Of a stretch of 64,000 nt of DNA, positions 12,004 through 20,820 are shown piece by piece; the stretch's first letter is position 1, and every line of letters starts with the position of its first letter. The stretch comes from Candidatus Latescibacterota bacterium (GTDB lineage Bacteria > Latescibacterota > UBA2968 > UBA8231), in assembly GCA_965248355.1 (NCBI GenBank), contig OZ252098.1, positions 4,160,001 to 4,224,000 of the forward strand. The letters run 5' to 3'. Under the pieces are notes generated by a model. It was given only the letters and a program-made list of their open reading frames with translations. It was not told the origin of the DNA and searched no databases. Made by a program: the position numbers and the translations under genes.

Positions 12004-12842
12004 GAGGCCTGGCCGCCTGCGCCACCCTGCTCGCCGTCCTGGCCCAGCCCCAGGAGGCCTCGGCGCGGGAGGAGAACGGAGTGTCTGGACAGGGTTCACT
12101 GGACGATGTCTGGTGCGCCGTCTGTCACTGGACGCAGGCGGACCTCTTCGCCACAAGCGTCCACTATCGGCAGGGGCATATGCTGTGCGACGACTGTCAC
12201 GGCGGAGACCCGGCGGATCCGGACCCGGAGACGGCCAAGGCGCCGGCCACCGGCTTCATCGGCCGTCCGGACCGCGGCCAGATCGCCGGGCTGTGCGGGG
12301 GATGCCACAAGGGGCCGGCCGAGTTCTTCCATCAGGGGCCGCATCACGATCCCGGCATCGCGGGCAATCCCACCTGCGTCACCTGCCATCACAACCACGG
12401 CGTCCTCGACGCCACCCTGGCCCTGATGGACACGGCCTGCGTCTCCTGCCACCGGCAGGAACCGGCGCCCCTGCAGCGCGCCTCCGACCTGCAGGGGGCG
12501 ATCCGCGCGGCGAAGGGGCGCATCGCCGTGACGCGGGTCCGCTTCGACAGCCTGAGGGCTCTCGAGCCGGGTCTGGCGCGTTCGGCCTACCTCCTGGAGG
12601 GGGCGGCCTCCGCCCTGAGGGAGGCGGCGCCGCGGACCCATGCCCTCGACGCCGCCCTCGTGACCGAGTCCCTTCTGGCCGTCGACGGGGAGCTGGCCGC
12701 GTGGGGAGAGGTGATGGACCGGGCCGAGAGGTCGAGGGACCGGCGCCGATGGGCCCTGTGGGGGGTGTGGCTGTTCGTCGCCGTCAACCTGCTGCTGCTG
12801 TGGGTGCGGCGCCGTCAGCTTTCGACTGGGGAACGGGGCTGA
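12000..12842 (+). CDS. Membrane-anchored pentaheme cytochrome c
   Basis: Signal peptide; five CxxCH motifs (CAVCH, CDDCH, CGGCH, CVTCH, CVSCH); C-terminal TM helix; GTGA overlap with cytochrome b. Confidence 0.85.
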   Translation: MRGLAACATLLAVLAQPQEASAREENGVSGQGSLDDVWCAVCHWTQADLFATSVHYRQGHMLCDDCHGGDPADPDPETAKAPATGFIGRPDRGQIAGLCGGCHKGPAEFFHQGPHHDPGIAGNPTCVTCHHNHGVLDATLALMDTACVSCHRQEPAPLQRASDLQGAIRAAKGRIAVTRVRFDSLRALEPGLARSAYLLEGAASALREAAPRTHALDAALVTESLLAVDGELAAWGEVMDRAERSRDRRRWALWGVWLFVAVNLLLLWVRRRQLSTGERG

Positions 12843-12846
12843 CGCC

Positions 12847-13383
12847 GTGCTGCCGCTGCGCAAGGTCGAGATCCGGAGGCTCTTCGAGCAGGCCGCGCGC
12901 GACTATCCGCCCCGGGCGGAGCTCGCCTTCCTGCTGCAGAGCATGGAGGACCCGCGCAACGTGGGCTCCCTGTTCCGGGTGGCCGACGCCGTCGGCGCCC
13001 GCGAGCTGGTGCTGGCGGGCCGGACCCCGGCGCCCCCCGACGAGGAGATCGACCGCACCTCCCGCGGCCACGACCGGCGGGTACCGTGGAGGCGCATGGC
13101 CGACACCCAGGCGGCGGTGCGCGCGCTGCGGGAGGAGGGGTATCACCTGGTCGCCCTGGAGACCGCCCGGGGGGCCCGGTGCTACCTGGAGTATCCGTAC
13201 ACGGACAAGGTCTGCCTCGTCCTCGGCAACGAGTCGAAGGGCGTGTACCCGGCGACCCTGGGCCTGTGCGACGGCGCCGTGTTCGTGCCCATGTACGGCA
13301 AGGGACCGTCGATGAACGTGCACGTGGCCGCCGCCCTGGTGGCCTACGAGGCGGTGCTGCGCAGGGGCGGGAAGGCGGGCTGA
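12847..13383 (+). CDS. TrmH/SpoU family RNA methyltransferase
   Basis: DPRNVGSLFRVAD, LVLGNESKG and PMYG..SMNVHVA motifs. Confidence 0.9.
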   Translation: MLPLRKVEIRRLFEQAARDYPPRAELAFLLQSMEDPRNVGSLFRVADAVGARELVLAGRTPAPPDEEIDRTSRGHDRRVPWRRMADTQAAVRALREEGYHLVALETARGARCYLEYPYTDKVCLVLGNESKGVYPATLGLCDGAVFVPMYGKGPSMNVHVAAALVAYEAVLRRGGKAG

Positions 13384-13434
13384 GCGGTTGCGGGGCTCGG
13401 GCGGATCGAGCGGATCGGAGAAGGCCCAGGTCGC

Positions 13435-14247
13435 CTAGCGGAGAGCCGCCATGGTCCGCTCCATCGACCTGCGGAACGGCTCCGGCAGCGAGTCGAGATA
13501 GGCCGGCTCCGCGTATTCCGGCTCACGCGCCCAGTCGCTGACCACCGACGACTCTCCCGCCAGTTCGGCGCTTCCGTAGATGATGAAGAGGGACCGGCGG
13601 CGGACGCCCGGTCCCTTCAGCCCGCGGTGGATCCCCCGTGCGTCGAAGGGTGCGGCGCTGCCGGCCCTGAGCCGGATCTGCAAGGCGCCGGGGAACCCGT
13701 CCTCGTTCCAGCCGGTGATCCCTTCCTCGTACCGCGCTTCCTCCTCCCTGGTGTTGGCGCGGCTGTGGGAGCCGGGGACGTACCAGAAGGAGGCGTCGTC
13801 CTCGAGGGCCACGAGGACCTGCGTCGCGGGAAGCCTCTCGATCTCCCGGAGCCGTCTCTCCGTGGGCGAGTCCTTCCCCCACGCGAAGTAGGAATCGCGG
13901 TGCCAGTTGGTGCGGTAGTCGAACTCGTCGTTCATGGCGAAGGCGGCGACTCCGTGCATGGCCGCGTCTTCTCCGCAGAGCCGCTGCGCAAAGGCCAGGA
14001 TGCCGGGAGCACCGAGCGTCTCCATCAGAGGCCGCCGCGCCAGGGAGGGGTGGTGGGGATTCTGGAAGCGGTAACCCTGGAGGAACCCCGTGGACTCGTC
14101 CCTCCGGGCGTGCCCGAGGCTCAGGGCCGCCTCGATCGTCTCCTCGTAGCTCTGGCGTACCTGGGGCAGGGACGCGGGGGGGATAACGTCCTTCAGGATT
14201 GCGTATCCTTCACGGTCGTAACCTGCCATCATCCCGTCGGTGATCAT
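13435..14247 (-). CDS. Phytanoyl-CoA dioxygenase family (2OG-Fe(II)) protein
   Basis: YDREGY, WHRD (HxD), YVPGSH, distal IHRG and RRSL motifs. Confidence 0.85.
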   Translation of the reverse strand: MITDGMMAGYDREGYAILKDVIPPASLPQVRQSYEETIEAALSLGHARRDESTGFLQGYRFQNPHHPSLARRPLMETLGAPGILAFAQRLCGEDAAMHGVAAFAMNDEFDYRTNWHRDSYFAWGKDSPTERRLREIERLPATQVLVALEDDASFWYVPGSHSRANTREEEARYEEGITGWNEDGFPGALQIRLRAGSAAPFDARGIHRGLKGPGVRRRSLFIIYGSAELAGESSVVSDWAREPEYAEPAYLDSLPEPFRRSMERTMAALR

Positions 14248-14307
14248 GGATCATCTTCCTCCTGAACCGCGCCGGCAGCGACCGGCGCCGGGCACCGGCG
14301 ATCCCTC

Positions 14308-15492
14308 ATGAAGGGGCGTCCCGACATCGTCACGCGGCACGTCGACAGCCGCGAGACCTCGAGGCTGGGCCTGCCCCTGGGCCGGAAGATCGGCCGGCTG
14401 GACACGACGACCAACTTCGTCCTGGACGACCGCTTCGATCACGGACCGTACGACGAGCTGCACCGGCGGCTCACCGTGGTCGACGCCTACTCGGCCGCGG
14501 TGGACCTGGAGGAGATCCTGCGCGGGGGCATCGACGTGGCCATCCAGGCCTTCGGGGTGGAGGAGCGCTACGTGGCCGAGGCGCCGCTCCTCGATCCCCT
14601 GGCCGAGCCGGTCCGCGGCGCCCGGCAGTGGGAGCCCTTCTTCGAAGGGGAGGAGCTGGGCGAGCGCGTGCTGATGAACCTCGACGAGCACCGCCAGTTC
14701 GCCGAGGCCTGCGCGGAGCACGTCGAGGTTGCCTGCTCCGGCGATGATGTGTCCAGGATCGTCGCGGGGGGCCGGGTCGCCATGGTGCTGATGCTGGTGA
14801 GCGGCTTCATCGCCGACAGCCTCGACGTGCTGCGCGAGTACCACCGACGTGGCGTGCGGGTCCTGTGCCCCAGCCACCTGAGCGCGACCTCCTGGGCCGA
14901 CTCGAGCGCCGAGCTGAACGATCCCCCCGGCCTGAACCGCTTCGGGCGCGACGTGATCCGCACCTGCGGCGAGCTGGGCATCCTCGTGGACCTGGCCCAT
15001 TGCTCCGACTACACCTGCCGGGACGCCCTGGCCGTGGCCACCCGGCCGATGATCGCCACCCACACCAAGGCCCGGGCCCTCAGCCGGAGCCTGCGCGACA
15101 TGCCGGACGACCTGATGCGGGGAATAGCAGATGGAGGAGGAGTGATCTGCGCCCTGGCGCCGGCGCCGAGAAGCCCTCTCGAACGCCACGAGGCCCGGCG
15201 CCGGCGCGACGACGCCCTGCACCGGCGCTATCCCGATCCCTTCGAGCGCGCCCGCGCCAAGCTGGCCGACGCCGAGGTCTGGGGCACCCGACTCGACTTG
15301 GCCACCATCGACCACCTGGTCGAGGTGGCCGGGATCGATCACGTGGGCCTGTCCAGCCACGCCCAGAGCGTGCCCCAGTGGAAGGAGTACACCGCGGACC
15401 TGATCGGCCACGGCTACTCCGAGAGGGACGCGGCCAGGATCCTGGGCGAGAACGTCCTGCGGGTGCTGTCCTCGGCCGGCGCCGCCGGCTGA
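14308..15492 (+). CDS. Membrane dipeptidase (M19)-like amidohydrolase with altered metal ligands
   Basis: GLNRFGRDVI, ILVDLAH, IATH, GIDHVGL and ILGENVLRV motifs; the N-terminal HxD and GSDFDG motifs are not conserved. Confidence 0.75.
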   Translation: MKGRPDIVTRHVDSRETSRLGLPLGRKIGRLDTTTNFVLDDRFDHGPYDELHRRLTVVDAYSAAVDLEEILRGGIDVAIQAFGVEERYVAEAPLLDPLAEPVRGARQWEPFFEGEELGERVLMNLDEHRQFAEACAEHVEVACSGDDVSRIVAGGRVAMVLMLVSGFIADSLDVLREYHRRGVRVLCPSHLSATSWADSSAELNDPPGLNRFGRDVIRTCGELGILVDLAHCSDYTCRDALAVATRPMIATHTKARALSRSLRDMPDDLMRGIADGGGVICALAPAPRSPLERHEARRRRDDALHRRYPDPFERARAKLADAEVWGTRLDLATIDHLVEVAGIDHVGLSSHAQSVPQWKEYTADLIGHGYSERDAARILGENVLRVLSSAGAAG

Positions 15493-15498
15493 GACCCC

Positions 15499-17529
15499 TC
15501 AGCCCGAGGGCGCCACGTAGGCCGAACCCGACCTGCCGGCCGCCTCGAGGTTGACCGGAAAGGGGATGGGGATCCCGTCCCCGTGCCAGGGGAAGGCGTA
15601 GCTCGGATCGTTGCTGAACCGGGAGAGGCCGGCCTCCAGGCGGACCCTGGTGGCTGGAGGCAGGTCGACGGCGACGTAGCGGCCGTTGACGGCTGTCGCA
15701 ACCGGCGCCTCTCCCTCGCCGCTGTCAGCCTTCACCTCGGTGAAGGTGTGCTCCCCGAAGGCGCCGGCCTGCACGATCAGGCGGCGGGACTCCTCCCGGC
15801 TGCAGTTGACCAGCTGGACCCCCACGGAGCCGGCGTCGAGATGGTCGACGAGGGCGGCCACGTCGGCGGGCAATCCGGGACGCTGCCCGTCCCCGTCGAA
15901 ATAGCGGACCGTGGCGCGCAGGAGCCCGCCGTTGTAGATCGACTGGGGGGCCCCCATGGTCACCTGGGTCAAGCCCTTGGTCAGGACCGGGTTGGCGGGA
16001 ATGGCGTTCGCCTGCAGCCTCTCGATCGCCGTGCGCCCGTCCTTGCGCATCTCGTCGATGGCCTTCATCGACCACTCCGCCTCGGCCGTCAGGATCTTCT
16101 CGGGCCAGTCCGGGTTGCTGCCTTCGTAGTACTGGAACCGGGCGAACTCGGTCTGGCCCCCGTTCTTCTCGCTGCCGGTGTCGCTCACCGAGTTCCAGTC
16201 GCGCTCGACCTCGCCCTCCCGCACCCGCTCGATCAGCTCGCGGTCCTCCGCGGACATGGAGGCGTGGTAGAGGTGGGCCAGCTCCTGCATGCGCCAGGGC
16301 ATGGGGCCCGTGTAGACGTGGCGCATGGGCACGATCGTGTCCTCCCGGCGCGGCAGGGGCGGGTCGTACTGCCATCCGGAGGGGCCGTAGCGGGTCGGCA
16401 TGATCAACTGGCCGTCCTCCCTCGTGATGGAGGCGTCCAGGAGGACCTTCACCTGGTCTCGCAGCAGGTCGAGATATCCGTAGTCGCCGGTGAGCAGCAG
16501 GGCGCACTCGGCGGCGATGTTGAGGCTGTGGAACATGATGTTGAAGCCCTGGTAGTGGTTCCACCCGTACTGGCCGCCCCAGAAGTTGCCGTTGCGGCGC
16601 TCGCCGACGATGCCGGTGGGCCCCACGTTGTCGGGCATGATGCCGCCGTTCTTCGCCGCCCGGTCCATCCACGCCTCGGTGTACTCCAGCACCCAGCGCT
16701 TGTACCTCTCGTCCCCCGTGTACAGGTAGGCGTGGGTCATCAGGGCGGCGGCGCCCAGGTTGTTGGGCGTGTCCGCCTGCAGGACCAGCTTGTTGAAGAG
16801 GTCGACGATCTCCTCCCGGCGCGCCGGGTCCTCCCACCAGTGGAGCTCGAGGTCCTCCACGATCGGATAGAGGCTGGCGCGGACCCCGTAGTAGTTGACC
16901 TCGCTGCCCAGCCAGCGCCCCGCCAGGAGCATGGCGTGGGCGGTCTCGGCGCTCGCTTCCTGCAGCGGACCCTGGCTCGACTGGAAGGGCGACCGGAGGA
17001 CCTTGTGGACCGGGTCGTAGTTGGGGGCCTCGGGGTCCTCGCCCGTGTAGAACCCGGCGAAGAGCTGGGCGCGGCGGGCCATCTCCGAGATCGTCGGGTC
17101 GGCGACGCCGAAGTCGTAGAAGGCCATCATGCCCTCGCCGAGATGGTGCCACTCCATGGCCTGCCGCAGGTTCCAGAACTCCCGCCTCGCCGAGGGCCGG
17201 AAGACCTTCTTGTGGTCGTTGAACCGGGTGCGGTGGACGACGTTCTCGTCGCTGATGCGGGCCGTCGCATTCCAGGCCGTGGCTGCCATCTCGAGGAGGC
17301 TGTCGTCCGCCCCCATGGCGTAGAACAGGCCCCAGTTGTAGAACTGCTCGAAGAGGTCGTCGAAGTCCTCGGCGTAGAGGATGGCCCCGCCGCGCTCCGT
17401 GCACTGGCGGAACCGCAACCGCGCCGCCTCCTCCATCTGGGCGATGAGATTGCGTTCCAGCAGGGCCCACGCGGGGGGCGCGCCAGCCTGGGTGGCGGTG
17501 ATCCGGGGCATGGCATTGGTATCGGTCAC
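15499..17529 (-). CDS. Uncharacterised ~670-aa protein, paralog A
   Basis: Long ORF with high-GC codon usage. Shares PPxWA, NWxxFYAMG, EWHHxxEG, PDNVGP, RATVRYFD, AGAFGEH and FPWH motifs with ORFs at 35408, 37354 and ~49622. Confidence 0.8.
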   Translation of the reverse strand: MTDTNAMPRITATQAGAPPAWALLERNLIAQMEEAARLRFRQCTERGGAILYAEDFDDLFEQFYNWGLFYAMGADDSLLEMAATAWNATARISDENVVHRTRFNDHKKVFRPSARREFWNLRQAMEWHHLGEGMMAFYDFGVADPTISEMARRAQLFAGFYTGEDPEAPNYDPVHKVLRSPFQSSQGPLQEASAETAHAMLLAGRWLGSEVNYYGVRASLYPIVEDLELHWWEDPARREEIVDLFNKLVLQADTPNNLGAAALMTHAYLYTGDERYKRWVLEYTEAWMDRAAKNGGIMPDNVGPTGIVGERRNGNFWGGQYGWNHYQGFNIMFHSLNIAAECALLLTGDYGYLDLLRDQVKVLLDASITREDGQLIMPTRYGPSGWQYDPPLPRREDTIVPMRHVYTGPMPWRMQELAHLYHASMSAEDRELIERVREGEVERDWNSVSDTGSEKNGGQTEFARFQYYEGSNPDWPEKILTAEAEWSMKAIDEMRKDGRTAIERLQANAIPANPVLTKGLTQVTMGAPQSIYNGGLLRATVRYFDGDGQRPGLPADVAALVDHLDAGSVGVQLVNCSREESRRLIVQAGAFGEHTFTEVKADSGEGEAPVATAVNGRYVAVDLPPATRVRLEAGLSRFSNDPSYAFPWHGDGIPIPFPVNLEAAGRSGSAYVAPSG

Positions 17530-17634
17530 GACAGTCTCCTCGGGTAAGCGGGGCGGCCCAAGCTAGGAAAACCCGCATTGGGGGACAACGCTGGACGCAC
17601 CCGGAGAGTCCGGCTATCCTCTCCGGCCTTCGCC

Positions 17635-19188
17635 ATGACCTCGAGAACCCCACCGCCGCGCTACCGCGTCATCTTCAACTGGGACGGCGACAGCCTGGCC
17701 TACGGCGAGCATCCGCAGTCGGCGGAGCAGCTCGTGGACCACATGTACGGCTCCCTCGAGGGCACCCAGGTGGACGCCGTGTTCTGGAGCATCGGCAGCC
17801 ACGAGGCCCTCTGGCCTTCCGAGGTGCACGAGCGGGAAGGGGAGCGCACCGGCCGCGTCTACGCCTCCATGCGCGCCATGCGCCACGCCGAGAATGTGTG
17901 GAGCCTCTTCGAGGCGGGCGAGAACGTGTACCAGGCCATGGTCGAGCGCGGACATCAGCTCGGGATGCACGTCTACGTCTCGATGCGGATGAACGACAAC
18001 CACTTCTACAACACCCGTCCGCGGGAATTCAAGAAGCTCGACAAGGGCACGAAGCTGCGGCAGGACCACCCCGAGTGGCTGCTGGACGTCGACGACGTGC
18101 CCGAGAGCCGCGGCATCGGCTCCTGGAACTTCGCCCACGCCGAGGTCCGGGAGCACAAGCTCTCCTACATCAGCGAGGCCTGCGCCCTGGCCGACTGGGA
18201 CGGCGTCGAGCTCGACTGGCAGCGCCATCCCTTCCATCTGCCCCAGCACGACGGCTACCGGCTGCGCTACGTGCTCACCGACCTGCAGCGCGCCGTCCGC
18301 CGCATGGCCGACGGGATCGCGGCGGAGAAGGGGCGCCCCTTCCACGTGGCCTCGCGCGTGGCCACGACCCTCGAGTCGTGCCGGCGCATCGGCTACGACG
18401 TCCCCCGCTGGTGCAGCGAAGGCCTGTGCGACGTCCTCATCGGCGCCGGCGGCTCGTCCACCGACCCCGGCTTCGAGGTGGCCGGGTTCAGGCGCCATTC
18501 CGACGGCACCGGCATCCGCCTCTACGGCGGCTTCGACAGCTCCTACCGGCAGGAGGCCGCCCGCCTGGTGAGCCGCGTCGAGTGGCGCGAGGCCTTCTTC
18601 CGCGCCGTGGCCGCGGGTTATCTCGACGAGGGGGCGGACGGGATCTACACCTTCAACTGGTTCCCGAAGAAGGCCGACTGGACCGGGCTCCTGAGCACCC
18701 TCGGCGCCGAGGAGACCCTGCGGGGCAAGGACAAGATCTACTCGGCCCTGCGCCGCGGTCCTACCTGGCTGGACGACCCCTCGGCCAACGCCGTGAACGA
18801 CCGCATCCACGGCGAGACCTCCGTGGCGCTGATGCCCGGCCTCACCGGGGACGGACCCACCTTCACGCTCAGCTTGCACGACGACTTCTCGGCCGGGGCG
18901 CCAAGGCCGGGTTCCCTGCAGCTGCAGATCGAGATGGCCCACTGGGCGCCCGGGGACGCCGTCAAGGTCACCCTCGACGGCGAACCTCTCGGCGAGCCGG
19001 CCATCCGCGACGCGGCGGAGAGCGGCCCTCCCTACGTATCGGAGAACAAGTGGCTCCTCTGGGACCTGGATCCCGAAGGCATGGGAAAGGGTCCGCACAC
19101 CGTAAAGGTCGTCCTGATCAACCGTGACTCGCGGCTCGACCCGCCCCTCAGCGTCGAGCACGTCGACCTCCACGTGAGCTACCGGTAG
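17635..19188 (+). CDS. GHL10 (DUF187)-like TIM-barrel protein
   Basis: IFNWDG, SMRMND, HPEW, WNFAHAEVR, DGVELDW and ADGIYTFNW motifs. Confidence 0.7.
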   Translation: MTSRTPPPRYRVIFNWDGDSLAYGEHPQSAEQLVDHMYGSLEGTQVDAVFWSIGSHEALWPSEVHEREGERTGRVYASMRAMRHAENVWSLFEAGENVYQAMVERGHQLGMHVYVSMRMNDNHFYNTRPREFKKLDKGTKLRQDHPEWLLDVDDVPESRGIGSWNFAHAEVREHKLSYISEACALADWDGVELDWQRHPFHLPQHDGYRLRYVLTDLQRAVRRMADGIAAEKGRPFHVASRVATTLESCRRIGYDVPRWCSEGLCDVLIGAGGSSTDPGFEVAGFRRHSDGTGIRLYGGFDSSYRQEAARLVSRVEWREAFFRAVAAGYLDEGADGIYTFNWFPKKADWTGLLSTLGAEETLRGKDKIYSALRRGPTWLDDPSANAVNDRIHGETSVALMPGLTGDGPTFTLSLHDDFSAGAPRPGSLQLQIEMAHWAPGDAVKVTLDGEPLGEPAIRDAAESGPPYVSENKWLLWDLDPEGMGKGPHTVKVVLINRDSRLDPPLSVEHVDLHVSYR

Positions 19189-19219
19189 CGCCGCCGCCGC
19201 GCACCCAGGAGCAGCCCCC

Positions 19220-20758
19220 TTGGCCGAGAGACCGTACCGGATCATCTACAACTGGGATGGCGCCCCCCACCACTACGACGAGCACCCCCAGGCGATGGAG
19301 TCCTTCCTGCGGAGGGTCTATGCCCCGCTGGCCGGCACCCAGGTGGACGCCCTGTTCTGGTGCATGGGGATCCACGAGGCCACCTGGCTGTCCGACGACC
19401 TGGCCGTGAAGGGGGATTCCGCCGCCCGGGTCTACGACAGCGTGCTGGTCATGAGGGATGTCGAGAACCTGCGGTCCATGCTCGAGGGGGGCGAGGATCC
19501 GTACGCGGCCATGGTCGCCCGGGGGCGCGAGCTGGGCATCGACGTCTGGCCTTCGATCCGCATGAACGACCAGCACTTCTGGAACATCCAGGACCTGGAG
19601 ACGATGCAGCGGTCCACGGTCAACGAGATGACGGCGCTGCGCAAGGAGCATCCCCAGTGGTGTCTGGGGGAGCACGCCCCGGGCTGGTGCGCCACCTCGT
19701 GGAACATGGCCGTCCCCGAGGTGCGCGCCCACAAGCTCGAGATGATCACGCAGGCCTGCCGGCTGGCCGACTGGGACGGCGTCGAGCTGGACTGGCAGCG
19801 CCACGCCTTCCACCTGCCCGCCAACCACGAGTACCGGCTGCGCTACGCCCTCACCGACCTGCAGCGGGCCGTGCGCGAGATGACCCGGGGGCTGGCCGAG
19901 GAGCGGGGCCGGCCCTTTCCCGTGGCCGTCCGCGTCGCCGCCACCCTGGAGTCCTGCCGGCGCGTCGGCTACGACATCGAGACCTGGGTCGAGGAAGGCC
20001 TGTGCGACATCCTCATCGGCGGCGGCAACTCCGGCACCGATCCGTGCTTTGAAACGGAGGAATTCCTGAGACTGGTGGAGGGCACCCAGATCCAGGTCTA
20101 TCCGGGCTTCGACTTCGACACCCGGCAGCAGGCTGACCGCCTGATCCCCCACGGCCGCTGGCGGGACCGCTGGTTCGCCGGCATGGCGCAGGGCCACCTC
20201 GACCGCGGCGCCCACGGCATCTACGTCTTCAACTGGCACGCCGACGAGACCATGCGCCGGGAGTCGTTGACCACGATCGGTTCCACCGGGACCCTCCGCG
20301 GCCTGGACAAGGCCTACACCGCCGTGCACCGCAGCACCGGCGGGAACCCCCTGCGCAAGGACGCCGAGCGGGACGACCGCATCTACGGCGAGGCCCCCGT
20401 CGACCTGCACCGCACCCTGACCGGCGACGGCCCCACCTTCCACCTGACCACCCACGATCCCGGGGCCGCCGGCGTGCAGCTGCTGATCGAGATGGCCCAC
20501 CACTCCCCCACCGGCGACGAGGTGGCCGTAACCCTGGACGGCGCGGTTCTGGGCGCGCCCGAGGTGCGCAACCACGTAGCGGAGAATCCCCAAAACCCCG
20601 CCGACGTGGACGAGAACAGCTGGCTGGTGTGGGACCTGGATCCGGCCCAGGCCGCCTCCGGGGCCCACGAGATCCAGGTCGTCCTGCTCAAGCGGGATCC
20701 GCGGATTCGGCCGCCGCTGACGGTGGCCAACGTCGAGATCTGGACGAGCCATGACTGA
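19220..20758 (+). CDS. GHL10-like TIM-barrel protein, tandem paralog of 17635
   Basis: IYNWDG, SIRMND and ACRLADWDGVELDWQRH shared with the upstream gene; TTG start with a GGAG RBS. Confidence 0.7.
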   Translation: MAERPYRIIYNWDGAPHHYDEHPQAMESFLRRVYAPLAGTQVDALFWCMGIHEATWLSDDLAVKGDSAARVYDSVLVMRDVENLRSMLEGGEDPYAAMVARGRELGIDVWPSIRMNDQHFWNIQDLETMQRSTVNEMTALRKEHPQWCLGEHAPGWCATSWNMAVPEVRAHKLEMITQACRLADWDGVELDWQRHAFHLPANHEYRLRYALTDLQRAVREMTRGLAEERGRPFPVAVRVAATLESCRRVGYDIETWVEEGLCDILIGGGNSGTDPCFETEEFLRLVEGTQIQVYPGFDFDTRQQADRLIPHGRWRDRWFAGMAQGHLDRGAHGIYVFNWHADETMRRESLTTIGSTGTLRGLDKAYTAVHRSTGGNPLRKDAERDDRIYGEAPVDLHRTLTGDGPTFHLTTHDPGAAGVQLLIEMAHHSPTGDEVAVTLDGAVLGAPEVRNHVAENPQNPADVDENSWLVWDLDPAQAASGAHEIQVVLLKRDPRIRPPLTVANVEIWTSHD

Positions 20759-20820
20759 GGCCGTGTCGAAACCCACGTACCGCGCCGCCATCATCGGGGC
20801 CGGCCGCATGGGCGGCCTCC
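20751..20820 (+). CDS. Gfo/Idh/MocA oxidoreductase, 5' exon (interrupted by group II intron)
   Basis: MTEAVSKPTYRAAIIGAGRMGGL (Rossmann GxGxxG) plus 1 nt, followed directly by the intron 5' end GTGCG. Confidence 0.88.
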
